DNA from: Acanthaster planci
Taxonomy: Eukaryota
Reading direction: 5' to 3'
DNA length: 64,000 bases
Assembly (NCBI RefSeq): GCF_001949145.1
Contig: NW_019091362.1
Span: forward strand, 372,670 to 436,669
Positions 1 through 12,699 of this stretch are shown here, in pieces (positions within the stretch are counted from its first letter, which is position 1; every line of letters starts with the position of its first letter). The translations under genes and the position numbers were made by a program. The notes beneath the pieces are model-generated. The model had not been told where the DNA came from. It worked only from the letters and a program-made list of their open reading frames with translations, and did not search any database.

Positions 1-799
1 GTACATGTACTTAGCAATTTTGAATATGGATCAACAAGAATTGCTGGAATTCTGCATATAGACAGAAGTAAGTTTTGAAGATCACTTCTAAATCCTAGAG
101 TGTGAAATTACGGTTGGACATTAGACGTGAAATTGGCCCATAATTATTTGCACATCGTAAAACGTAGGTCATGCCATTAACGAATGTTCAATTTTCCCAT
201 GGTAGTCCATGCATGACACATAACCTGGGTACCAGGCAATATTGAACCAGTAGTGGTTGGCTGCATTTGCGCGGTTCCTCCAGTTCAATCGAGTATGGCT
301 TATACGCATTATATTTCTGTATGTGCGATGGGAGTATACCCTTGTTGATGACCCATGGGTCTTACTCCTGCCGAACACGAGTAGCTCGCTCGAACGCAGC
401 CCTTAGTCATAGCTCAACTGTGCTCTGAGTCCGACTGTTTCCCAATCCCCATAGTCTGAACAAAAATAATAAAAGGGTCAGGAACCCCAAGTCTACCTTT
501 ATACAATATGGCAGATCAACAGCTGGTAATGGCAGAGCAAAATTGATTGTCTTATGACATTTTGTCTGAGCACTTTTTTGGTCTAATTATGCACTCTGAA
601 ATCCCATGGTGTGCTGGAAGGTACAGTGCATGGGTGCCATCTAGACCCAGTAACGAGACCTGTATTTATCTTTTTTCAAAGTTTCACTTGGGGGCCCAGT
701 GAATTGGCCACTTATTTTGTCAGCTCCTGGATCTTTACAAATGCAAATGAGAGAATAGTCAACTGCCCTGGGCAATAAACCTTTTCAGCGTTCACAAGG

Positions 800-1375
800 A
801 TGACAAACAAGCAATGCATTTTATGCACAACCCTATGGGAGAAGCACACCCATAAAACGTTACTGTTTCCATTTTATTTCATACTCCAATTCAAGCTATC
901 CTCTTCTCACAGAGTGTTGCATTATTTGGGATAAAGATGTTCACAAATTTCAAATTTTAAAGCTTACAAGAAACAAAAAATTTTGGTAACCCCTCATAAG
1001 ACCACTAGTTTTTGTCATCCACCATGCTTGAACTAAGACTGTGGATATTAAGGAGCAACAGTATTGGCCAATCAGAATTACAACTTGTAGCTCATTTATC
1101 CTGCATTGACCAATCAGGTTCGTTTTTCAGCCCAGAGTGACTGGCGCTCTTAAAAAAAGACAATTAAGATTGATTTTTTTCTTCGTATAAGCATCCACAA
1201 ATTTATTTGCTATTTTGAAAATGTCTCTTGTCCACTACGCATGCATCTGTGAAGTGATGAAGGTACAGACAAATTTATTCTGAAAAAAACTGTGAATTGA
1301 TTTCTGACTGGTTCACTTCCTGACTGGTTTATGAATAAAAAGCATGTCTTACTTGTCATCCATACTACACTGCAA
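800..1375 (+). repeat. Diverged direct repeat; second copy split into ~4402-4505 and ~5270-5712
   Basis: Shared blocks GCAATGCATTTTATGCACAACCCTATGGGAGAAG, AAAGAT(G/A)TTCACAAA, AACCATGCTT, AGAGTGACTGG and AAAACTGTGAATTGATTTCTGAC.GGTTCACTTC. Confidence 0.75.
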
Positions 1376-3936
1376 ACGTTGAACAGCTTACATGTACATG
1401 TACATTGTAATTCCATGTGAAACTTCAACTTTGGTCTCACTAGGCTATTAATAGCCTAAATTTTTAACATGTTTAATTGTAATTTACAAAAAAAAAGAAA
1501 TTTCACTCACACAAATAAACAAGTGGAATTAAAAGTAATTATACTACGTTTTACAAAAAGGGAAAGAGTTCCTGGGCTAGGTAAAATGCATGTGGCAAAC
1601 TTTGTTGAACAGCACTATCGATTTTGTACTCAGCCTCATTTTCATTTTTTTACTGGTCCGATTTTAAAGCTCCAGCATGACCGTGTTGGTATTTCCCCAT
1701 GTCTGAAAATAATCAAAATTATGTAGCACCACCTTTTCTATGACGTTTTCTATTATTTACATGAAATACACTAGGTTTGAATACTTCATGTAGTTACAGG
1801 TCGGCCATTTTATTTTGTCCAGAAAATATTTCTGAAAAATCAGTAAAAATTCACTCCTCTCAACGGGGTCAAATATCGCATCAGAACGGTCGTCAAAACC
1901 TTCGATAATTTTATCAAAGATGACTTTGGACTTTCTCTTTTCTATGATTGTATATTTTTTTAGTTGATTTGTGAAATTTGATGGGATTTTATCGATCAGC
2001 ACAATGTTTTTTTCGGCCTACGAATGTTTGAAAAAATTGTATCACTGCACTTTTATTAGGATGTGACCTGAATACCACTTTCTGATTGGCTAAGAGTCTG
2101 TCATCAGCTCTTCTCAGCTGTAAGACTTGTTTTTCTGATATCTAATGAACATGGACTTTAAAGGAATAATAAAGCCATCATTATCATATATTTTTGTGAA
2201 GATTTATATACTTTGTTCTTTTTTCAGTCTTTTCTTTAGAATTTTTTTTATTATTTATATCATGCTTTTGAAAACCTGAAAGGAATTTTTGCTTTTCGGT
2301 CACAATCCATTCCATTCCTATTGCCTGTACAAGACAAAGTAATGGCCCTAGCTCATGTCTCTTTTTCTCTATAACTTTTTTATTATTTGTCAGAGAAGGG
2401 TCATCTTGGTGTCATTGGAACGGCTTTTTTCAAGACCTTTCCAACGTTATACATTGCAGTCGCATTTAACAACTATGAATCTTTTTTACCACATATATGT
2501 ACCTACATATACGGACAACATTAGATCCCCTCTGTGCACAAACCTATGAGACTTGTTTTCTAAGTAAATGCTTTGGACTCTTGACAGGTAAATTTCACTT
2601 TTAGGACGTTATCACTTTCCGATGGCCGTTATAACATCTAAGGGAAAATCAGTGTTGTCTGTTTATGGAACTCTTTAGACAAAAAGTAATACACCTTAAG
2701 TAGGGGCCTGGAAATGTTTTTCAAAATACTCTTTAATGTTAATTACTTACGACATGTACATAAAGTTCAAGTTCAACAACAAAATGATACCTTGTCAGGA
2801 TCCATCAACCCAAAGATTCACACATCTGAAGGCCCCACTTACCGATGCCTTCGTTTTAATGAAAATAAAGGAACGAACCGTGATCTCTTTTCTTGTGTCT
2901 TAATTTATTTCATTTTTTTAAACTGGTAAGGGCCACACTGGCAGTGGTAAGTTATTATAGCCTCACATTTTTATACACAATAATAAACCATCATGAAAAA
3001 ATGGGCTCAGAGGAACCTGACCTCAAAAGGTCAACTTGAATAAACTCTGCACAAAATCTGCTGATGAAAGACCATTCTGGCATCAGTTTGCATCACTGTC
3101 CAATCCGATTGGGTCATTTTAGTTAAGTAACTTCACGTGGTGCACTTTATTTTTTGCCTCTTGTGTCTACGTCTTACCGTAGCAATATTTTTACCTCAAA
3201 TTTCACAATCAGTAAAACTTCATCAAACTCCTATTGCTCTGATTCATAAATCTCAATTTTGTGTATCAGCAAAAAACTTCAGATGAAATATTATTTCCGG
3301 CCGATTTTCCACATTTTTTTCGTAGGCCTACAACAAACAAAATGAATGCTTAGTTTTAGAACTATCCTAAAATTAAAAACCATGAAAATAATTTTCTAAT
3401 AACACGCTCGTGGACATAGTGGATGGGTAGGTGAGGAGAGGGAGTGATGCTTTACAACATGTACAAGTAAATACTTTAAACATGTTAACGAATTTTGAGG
3501 TTTTTTCAAGTGCGCCACGTTTTTTTAGGGAGTCTACAAATTGCAATGAAGCCGGCCCAAATTCCGGACAAGATGTAGGCCTAGGCCTGCCATAATTTTG
3601 GTCCGAGTAACCATGGAGTAACGTTGGTCTTACTATTAAAAAAAATTGGCATTTTTTAAAGAAATGAAATTGAATGCTCAAAGTACTTTAATCACATACC
3701 GTGAAGAGCTCTGACCTAGGCTCTGAAGCCATTCGAATAAGTTGAAGAATGGGCCTATACAATGAAATTTAAAACGAGAGTAGGCCTACATAAAATACTC
3801 TGCACACAAGCTAAGCCCCGCGAAGCTCGAAGAATCATGACGCGTGTGATGTAAAGTTGTGAAGTCCCGGATGTCATTAATGTAAAATAATAATTGCAGA
3901 GGGCGCTGTTTCGGTCGCACGCAGACCACAGACATG

Positions 3937-4035
3937 TCTAGAGCTAGGTCCAAGTCTTCGCTCCATTGGAAATGCGTGGAGACGCGTAGACAATAGACCT
4001 AGCCGTAGCTCTGGAAGCCCGTTTTGGACACGGCC
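3937..4035. mobile_element. Partial copy of the Harbinger-like MITE at 43864-43982
   Basis: GTCTAGAGCTAGGTC...GGAGACGCGTAGACAATAGACCTAGCCGTAGCTCTGGAAGCC..GGACACGGCC is shared with 43883-43982. Confidence 0.75.
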
Positions 4036-5823
4036 TCAGACGTAGACGTGCGCGCATGCTGGGCACGGGAGGTTCACATATTTGCGCATGCGCGGAGGTA
4101 TTCTGTCCAGATCAATCTGCATGTAGATCTTTCACATTGGTTCACAGTAAATCTGAACAGATTTACTACGGAGAGGCTGCATTTACAATTACACATTTAA
4201 TTTTGGTAAGTAAATTCTGCCTTTGCTGCAAAATTCCACCACGTCATTGTTTATTTTATATACGGACGCCAGTAATTATTCCCTGAGTAACGTTAGAGTT
4301 ACACCGGGCCTCCAGTGACTACCCTCCTCTGGGCCTAGAACCATGGCAAAAACATGTCAAGAAAAGTTAGTTTGCAATGCATGCATGATCATGATGCTAA
4401 TGCTGACAAACATGCAATGCATTTTATGCACAACCCTATGGGAGAAGTGTACCTGCGAAACGTTAATCTGTTTTCATTTTATTTCCTACTCCAATTAAAG
4501 CCATGCATAAATTACATTGCATGTAGGCTTGTTGTAGCCTAGGCCTATATCATCCAAACCCACAATGCATTGCGAACGTCAAAAAGGTTTATTACAGTCA
4601 ACACACCGTCAACTCCTCGCAAATACAAGTTCAATCGACAGAAGAGGCAATAGAGTGTAATTATTGGACTGAAAGAGACTTTCCAGTACAGTAGCCTAGT
4701 TGGGGGTCACAAATCAATTTTCAAAATGGAATTTTTCACACCAACAAAAATTGTCTCTGGCAGCGTAGTCGTTCGCCGCCATCTTGCCTCCTCATGGAGC
4801 TTGGAGGACTGCAAAATTAAAACGGCAATTTTCGAGAGTCTAACCTGTTGATTTTTAGGCAAAATGTCCTTTTGGCAAACATTTTACTGTTTAATACCGC
4901 TTCTTTTGATTTTTAACATGTTTTGGAGGTGTTGACGCTGTGTTGATAGTGTGTTGACAGTCTGTTGCATGTTGACAGTGTGTTGGGTTATTAGTATGAC
5001 CGGTCCCCAGTCCCAACTATCAACCAGGGCACAGGCGCCCTGCCCAACTACATGTACAGCACAGAGATCCAGTGTGCATGTGCCCAGCGTGTGCCAAAAA
5101 TGTCATGTCATGTACAGTGTCATGTCATGAATTATGTCCAGTGTGAGATGCATAAACTTGGATAAAGTTGAGAAATTTTCTGCAGAAATTGGTCCGCAAT
5201 AGTTGGGCCAGCCCAACTGCAGCACAACATCTGGGACTGTCCCAGCTACAGTTTGGATAGACATGTAGTTGGGGCATAACAAAGATATTCACAAACTTCA
5301 AAGTTTAAAGCTTGGCAGAAAAGGAAAATTCGAAGAATCCCTTCCAACAGCATCACCTCTTTTGGTCATTAACCATGCTTTGACCAAGATCATGAATATT
5401 AATGCTCTAGTATCGTCCAATCTAAATCATGACTTGTACATGTAGCTCATTCGTCCCGCGTTGACCAGTCACGTTCATTTTCAGCCTGTAGAGTGACTGG
5501 TGCCCTAAAGAAAAAAAGACAAAAGTTAAGGGTGATTTCTTCGGACAAACATTTGAAATCTTATTAGAAAATGTTTCTGGTGTATGCATCTGTGAGTTGA
5601 TGAGCAGATACTGGTACATAAAAACTGTTTTGTAGAAAACTGTGAATTGATTTCTGACAGGTTCACTTCTTAGGGTTGTGCATAAAATACATTGCTTGTT
5701 TGTCATCCAAACCCATGATATATGCAATCATACCTATGAAGCCAGACCTCGGTGTTTGTGTTTGTATTGCACATGTTCAGTGTGTGTTAGACTTGCGTTG
5801 CAGCCGTTCATTGGTATATCAAT

Positions 5824-6096
5824 GGGGAGTCGGGTTGGCACAGTGGTTCTTTCCTCGCCTTCCACCTCTGCGGTCCCGGTTCGATTCCCGGCTCAGTCCA
5901 CATGTGGATCGGGTTTTCAGTTCCTACCTGATTCGGTGGGTTTTACCCAGAATATTCCACTGGGGTTTTCCTCCTACCTCTAAAACTGTAACTGCTTCTC
6001 ATTGTCTCCTCTCTACATGTTTCTTCAGGCTTCTACAGTGCCTAGGGCGCTTTAGAGGAATCCTTGGTGTCATTACCAGAAATAAATAATAATAAC
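5824..6096 (+). mobile_element. tRNA-derived SINE
   Basis: Pol III A box TGGCACAGTGG, B box GGTTCGATTCC, a GGGTTTT...GGTTTTCCTCC body and an (AAT)n tail. Confidence 0.8.
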
Positions 6097-6145
6097 AGTA
6101 AAAACACTGTCAACTTACAAGTACATGTACATGTATGTGAATTGC

Positions 6146-6210
6146 GTTAGTCAAGCGGTTACAGCATAATGGTTTGTGATGAACGGGGTGTGGGTTTCGA
6201 ATCCTGGGTC
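6146..6210 (+). mobile_element. Degenerate tRNA-like SINE head
   Basis: TAGTCAAGCGGTT (A-box-like) followed by GGGTTTCGAATCC (B-box-like). Confidence 0.45.
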
Positions 6211-9200
6211 GAAATTGTGGACAGGGAAGTTTGGTTTTTTTTCAGGAAAATAAAGCGCGAATATTATAGGAGCCTAATTTCACATGTGAAGTTTTTATGG
6301 TTGGTTCAGCATCATTGATGTCATACATTGTGCATGGTTGTGAATCGTGGTTTGGCTTCATACGTGTGATTGCATATATACATGTACACAGAAAACACTT
6401 AGAATTTTTCAGACCAGTCTCATATGGTTTGTTCACAGGGTGTGATGTGGCATCAGTATATAGAACTTTATTTCATTATTTTCAATGTTAACTACGTCAT
6501 AAATTCAACCATTTGAGGAAAAGATGTTGGGAAAAAATTCTATCACTTGACCAGTGGCAGTTAAAATGGTTGACTGCTTGTGCAAAAACTCGGTGAGTCA
6601 TTGAGTGTGAGACTGGGGTGAAAAACTTTGTCTATTTAAACGTTATAGGATAAGTGTGGGTATACTCGATGAGGCTGAGAATCTGACCGGTGAAATTTAT
6701 CATTGTATAAAATTCTTTGTAACCAAAACAAACCTGCATTGTGACCTTCATCATCCACCCCATCTACGAACATGATAATTAGTAGGTTGATTAGAAAAAC
6801 CAGACCGTTCGCTCAGCTTCTCTATGAAAATGTGAAATCGAGAACTAAAAATCGTGTCGGAACTTAAGGTGCATTGAACTACCGGTACATGTAAATGGGT
6901 AGATTTCTAGATGTGAGCTCATTAATATTTTGTGATCCCATTTGGTTTTTGTAATAAGAGGTGCCTACCCCAAGGACTGCGGGATCTGACATCCGCCCCG
7001 GATCCCAAAGTTCTTGGGGTGAAAGGTGCCATCACTGGGAGGGATCATAAAGACATGTATAAATCACGAATTTGGGACTTTTGGTGCCCATTTTGGCATT
7101 ATTTATTAAAAAAACCTTCAATCCCTGGGCCTATTTTGCATAGAGGCGGACAAATACATTTGAGACTTGAGTGCACAGTTCTACTCCTATTTTGGGGGTG
7201 TTGTTGGCGAAAGGTGAATGAAAAAAATCACGAGGCCAACCCCTATAAACTTGAAGAAAAGTGAAATTCTGGCCATAATTTTGAATTTTCAAAGAATAGC
7301 GGAAGGTCAACCTCTCCCTGAGAGTCACCAGACGGCGCTGTTTCTGTCCAATTTTGCACTGTTTCCTATGGACATGGACATGTATATAGTATTGTGCAAC
7401 CATAAGACGTTGACCACCACCAGTTGCTATGGTATCCTGTCAGAGCATGGAATCACCTGGGGACCTCCTTTTATTGACTTTTTTAGGGACTGGCGGTGAA
7501 AAAGTGATAATTGCCAATTTTTTTCAGTCTTCATTCATCAGTTTGTTATCAACTTCATTCCCCTGGGTACGATCTTGCCGTGCCGTGTTGGTTCCGACCA
7601 TACCATTACCTTGCGCAATTAAGCCCTGGTGTTATAGAATTGAACTATCCCACTATTTTTAGATCAGGCCTTCAGTCATTGTGTTAATGCCCAATGCATA
7701 TTCATGCGGGCAAGACCTACAGGTGAATACGTGGGCCCCAGCGTGTATTTTTTTGAAATACCGGTTGGCGTGCCTTTACGTTTATGTACATTCATCCTGA
7801 ATAGCCATTCAGCGTCTTCTTCGAAATGTACATTGTACATACCTGTACAATGTACATGACCAGGGGCTAGTGGAAGAATATGCATGCAGCCCATGGAGTT
7901 GATGTTCGTTTGTTATACCGATGGTCCAACTGAGCGTGTTGATTGGATGAATTGGCGGCTGGCTATAAATAAACCACGTCAACAGAGGGCGCTGTTCGGA
8001 GAATTTGGTCTTGCTACCGGTACTTACGCGTCAGGGATAATTCAGTCGTTCTTAATGTAGCAATTGACAGAGGGTTACAATAATAGGAAAACGTATTTCA
8101 AGGCTTTTAAAAATGCTTGTTGTAATAGTACATGTATAACCTTTGACAATATAACAGTAATTTGCCGTGCATTTTTTAAATTGAAGTATTGCCCAATGAA
8201 AGTTCCAACAGGACATTTTATTTTTGCCCCAAGTCGAATGAAAAATACAAATGCAATACAAAATCTGAAAATACAATGTTAAGCCTAAAATACAAAAGGA
8301 ACTACAAATACAAGAACAATTAATCAATTTAACCTAACCCATATTTCTAGTAAATAAGTTGAATTTTGCAGAAGCTGAATCCAATGCTGAAGTGTTAAAA
8401 GTGCCATATGACCTGAATTCAGCAAAATCCTTCATTAAAACCTAAAAGCTACTGGGTATAACTGCCTGAATCCTCCAAAATCTTCCAGTGTGGTTTATGA
8501 CCAGTGTTATACCAAACAATGAAAAAGGCAAGAACGTCTCAGTTTGACATTTAAAAAAAAATAATGTAGCTTCAGAAAATAACTGAGATTCTGAAGTGTA
8601 AATCTTACACATTATGCTGACACCGTAAATAATCAATACACATTGACCACACCACTGTTGAAAATCACCCCCTCCATTGACAGCTGGCATTCACCAGCTC
8701 TCAACCCCCCCCCCCCAATGCATTGGGGTCACTTGCCCAGTCTCACCCTGCATGGGCAGTACAGGGCCAGTCATAAGTCACTGTCCTCGGTCACTGTGTA
8801 AATACTGTAACATCTGATTTGCATTTATGCATTTGGGGGTGTCTAATTTCCCAGCAGGTGTACATGTAAATGATGTAAGAGTACACTTCTGAAGGTCAGT
8901 GTACGCTAACTAAAACTCTGTGGAGAATACATGATGTACACGCACATGTATGTACATGTACGAACATGTACCGGCACAGGTGGCCTGACAAGTGTAGAAT
9001 TATGAAGTACATGTACATGTAAAAATTATTCCTCCATGATGTAACAACCTGAATCTTCCAAAACCATCTTTTAGCATACATGTAAGTCCCAGGTAACCTT
9101 AATCCTCCAAAATTCTCATTTGGTTCATTGAGCTTAGTAACCTGTATCCATATTCCTGCAGGGGCGAAAACCCTTGGTAACCTCAATCCTACAAAGTGCT

Positions 9201-9602
9201 CCAATGCTTCAACTTCCAAGTAAACTCTGTCCTCCAAATTCCTGCATTTTGCAAAGACAAATTTGGAGGACTTGGGAGGATTAAAGTTAATTGCCCTAAA
9301 ATAAATGAATGAAATTATTTTGGGGGGCACTTTGTTTTCGCTTTAAACAATGGTGTGAATCTATTTATGGCCGAATCTAAAAATTACAAGGAAAAGGTAG
9401 CGGTACATGTAACTTAAATTTTGACAAACAATACAATGACCTAAAATACCCCCTTCTTTATGAAAATAAGCTTCAGTGTGCTTTCAGGTACAGTGTATTT
9501 CATTTTCATTTCATTAAATTCGGGCTGAAGTAAAATCATATTTTTGTTTCCAGGATCAGTAAATTTCTGTCAATGTGGGAAGGCCTTGGATAAAATTTCA
9601 TC

Positions 9603-11823
9603 ATGCCAAGACAGCACTATAAGGAGTACAAAAAGGATACCTTAGAGACAGCAGTGAACAAAATAAGAAATGGGGAAATGACAATCAGGGGAGCTAGCCG
9701 TTTGTACAACATTCCCAAGACAACCCTTAATGATAAAGTGAACTACCGCTCCCTACTGCACTCCCGTCAAGGTCCCAAGCCAGTTCTGACGGAAGAAGAA
9801 GAAAACCAACTGGTTCGTTGGATAATTGGAATGTCCAAAATTGGTTATGGCCGAACCAAGCTTGAACTGCTGTCCACGGTAAAAAAAATCCTGGACAAAG
9901 ATGGTCGCCCCAACCGATTTAGAAACAACACTCCTGGGAGGGATTGGCTGAAGGGATTTCTTTGTAGGCATTCTGAGCTGGCCCCGAGGATGCCACAGAT
10001 TCTGGGAAGGGAACGGGCTTGCGTGACCATTAAGAAGATCCATCATTGGTTCGACATGCTTGAGGAATATTTTGAGAAGGAGTCAGAGGAGGGCCTGCAG
10101 ATTTTTGAAGATCCGATGCGCATTTTCAATGCCGATGAAAGCGGATTTCCACTGGCTGATGGACAGTCTGACCAAGCCTTGGCACCAAAAGGAGCCAGAA
10201 ATGTCTGCATTCAAGGTTCTTCAGTCAAAAGCCAGATCACAGTCCTGGCCTGTGCCAATGCTGGGGGCCTGTTTATGCCACCGATGATGGTTTTTTCCGG
10301 CATGCGATTTCACTTCAAACTGACTGAAGGAGGGCCAGATGGCACGATTTTCTGTCGAAGTGAACACGGGTTGATGGATTCTGCACTTTTCTACAAATGG
10401 ACAGCCAACCATTTTCTACCATTCGTGAAGACCAAATCTATCAAACTCCCAGTCATCCTTTTCGTTAATGGCAACAGTACGCACATCAATCTCCAAACGG
10501 TCGAGTTCTGCAAACAGAATAAGATAATTTTATACTGCCTCCCGCTGTACACCACACACGTCATGCAACCTCTTGCTGTCAGCTTCTTTCGGTCAGTGGA
10601 GATGCGATGGAGCCAAGACATTCAAGAATACCAGATGACTCATCCCGGGGCACAGTTGACCAAACGCACATTTGCTTCAGTTTTTCGCCTCAGCTGGGAA
10701 GGGGCAGCTACTGCAACAAATGCCGTCAGTGGCTTCAGGAAGTGTGGCCTCTTTCCTCTGAATCGTGAAGCCATTGAGTTTGGAAATCTTCAAGCTTCAA
10801 CCACATACCATCTCCCAGAGCTTCATCCCCTCCCGGAGGTCGTTCAAGACCCCGAACCACCAACGAAAGCAAACAAGAACACCCAGGAACCTTCCCATCA
10901 TGCCCTGGAAGGTTTTTCTCCAACGGCCGCGCGCCTAGCTCTCAATGCCATTGAGGCTCTTGTATCGCCTCAGAAACTGAGACTGTTTAGCTCTAGACGC
11001 CTCGAGGGGTATGATTTGGTAGGTGACGATTTATACAACGTTTGGAGGGCGCTCTCAGATAAGGCAGACAGAGAGCCTACAGCCAGCGACCCATCAGTTA
11101 AACCAGGTCCATCTGACAAGCCTCCCGCCCAGCAGAAAACCAAGCCTGGAGGAACAAATGGAACCTGAAACACCAGCATCCGACAATGCCCCGTCCTCAG
11201 GCCCAAAAACAAGTAATGAGCAGACAGCAGCATCATCTTCAATTTCTTCCAAGCATCTCTGCTACCCCTCAGTCTCCCTGAAACAGGGAGAACACCTGCC
11301 TAAGGCAGTTTCAACAGGACAATTTATAGCTTATTTGAAGGAAAAGGAAAACAAAAACAAGAGGAATAGTGATGCAAGACAAAGGAAGAGTGCAACTGGA
11401 AAAGAACCAAGAAGAAAGGAGAAGAGTGCAACTGGAAAAGAACCAAGAAGAAAGGAGAAGAGCGCAACTGGAAAAGAACCAAGAAGAAAGGATAAGAGTG
11501 CAACTGGAAAAGAACCAAGAAGAAAGGAGAAGAGTGCAACTGGAAAAGAACCAAGAAGAAAGGAGAAGAAAGCTAACAAGGAAAGGTAAAAAAGGAGTAA
11601 GAAAAACCTTGATGAATCCAACTCTGACGTTGACGCGATCAATGAGAACATTTGCAGCGCATGGTTTTGTCCCTACGATAACAAGCCCGAGAAGTGGATT
11701 GGGTGCAAAAACTGCCGAAGGTGGTATCAAGCTATGCGAAGCTGCACAGGTATTGAAGGGGTCAAGGGCATGTCAGAAGCTGAATAAGCGGAACTGGACT
11801 GGTGTTGCAATTTGTGCTTGTAA
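9603..11823 (+). pseudogene. Decayed pogo/Fot1/Tigger-type (HTH_psq + CENP-B HTH + DDE_1) transposase with C-terminal degenerate PHD finger
   Basis: ORF 9603-11168 has a psq-type HTH (MTIRGASRLYNIPKTTLNDKV), a CENP-B-like HTH (VLTEEEENQLVRWI...PGRDWLKGFLCRH) and DDE_1 motifs RIFNADESG, LFVNGNSTH and HVMQPLAVS. After a frameshift near 11160 the frame continues through LPKAVSTGQFIAYLKEKE, a stop at 11587-89, and a PHD-like CSAW..WIGCKNCRRWYQ..C..WCCNLCL with an internal stop. Confidence 0.88.
11386..11568 (+). repeat. 36-bp tandem repeat x5 encoding KSATGKEPRRK(E/D)
   Basis: Unit aagagtgcaactggaaaagaaccaagaagaaaggag recurs every 36 nt from 11386. Confidence 0.95.
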
Positions 11824-12026
11824 AAATTTGCTCAAGGCATAAATCCATCAAGTGTCCAAATTTATTTGTGGCTACATAAATGTTTAATAAGTCACATCTA
11901 GTTTTGGCATTTTAATTTTACACTCTCATGGAGAGGCCGACAATAAATTGGCACAAGCAAGTACAGCTTTGAAGTCTCCACATTTTCCAACAATCAGAAT
12001 TTATGAGACTGAGTGTTTTTATTTTT

Positions 12027-12098
12027 AATCAAGAAGTTAGTGCCCTGACGTTCCGAACTTAGTTAAGTTCAGAACGTTAGGACACTAACTTTTGGATT
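12027..12098. repeat. 72-bp near-perfect palindrome
   Basis: AAGTTAGTGCCCTGACGTTCCGAACTTA-GT-TAAGTTCAGAACGTTAGGACACTAACTT. Confidence 0.85.
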
Positions 12099-12531
12099 GA
12101 TTTACATGTAGTTCAGTTCTATTTAGTCAGCAGTTTGTAGCGATCTCATCCATTTTGAGATTTTATTTTTCACTGACAACCATCAGTGCCCCTATAAAAT
12201 ACCTTTGTAAAATAAATGTATAAAGTACTGCATTGTTACTGTTACAATGTTTTTATCCGGTTCTTAAGTGTGACGTCACTTCAGTTCAAACTACACCCAC
12301 TGCACGTGTCCTGTGTATAGAGTTACCTGTATTGATCATATTTACATGGAACGATGGAACCGGAAGTTAACACTCAACTTCAGCAATCGTCCAGTGGTAG
12401 ACTGCAAATCATGGCTCGTCTACATGTATGACAAAGTCACCCATGAACCGGATAGGGTTATTAAAATATAATTCTGTCTATAAGATTGGTTTATTGGTCA
12501 CAATAATAATAATTGATAACCTGGACTCAGG

Positions 12532-12699
12532 AATACGAGCGATTCACAGTAGTGTGCCTCCAGGAGTTCGCAACATGTTGGCCAATCATAACGCAAAATC
12601 TGCTGACACTTTCCACATTGGATTGACAGATTTTGTGCACTGTGATTGATCAATGTGTTGCAAACTCTTGGAGGCACGCTACTGTGAATCCCTTGTATT
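12532..12699. repeat. ~170-bp fold-back (long imperfect inverted repeat), probable MITE
   Basis: AATACGAGCGATTCACAGTAGTGTGCCTCCAGGAGTTCGCAACA...CAAAATCTG pairs with CAGATTTTG...TGTTGCAAACTCTTGGAGGCACGCTACTGTGAATCCCTTGTATT. Confidence 0.85.

Noticed and set aside
1757..2002. 81-aa minus-strand ORF and other short ORFs in 1-9 kb and 44.8-45.3 kb
   Set aside because: No recognisable motifs or consistent splice context; expected by chance in AT-rich repeat DNA.
11311..11842. Repetitive ORFs in alternative frames and on the minus strand
   Set aside because: By-products of the 36-bp repeat; not a CRISPR array, since there are no spacers and the context is eukaryotic.
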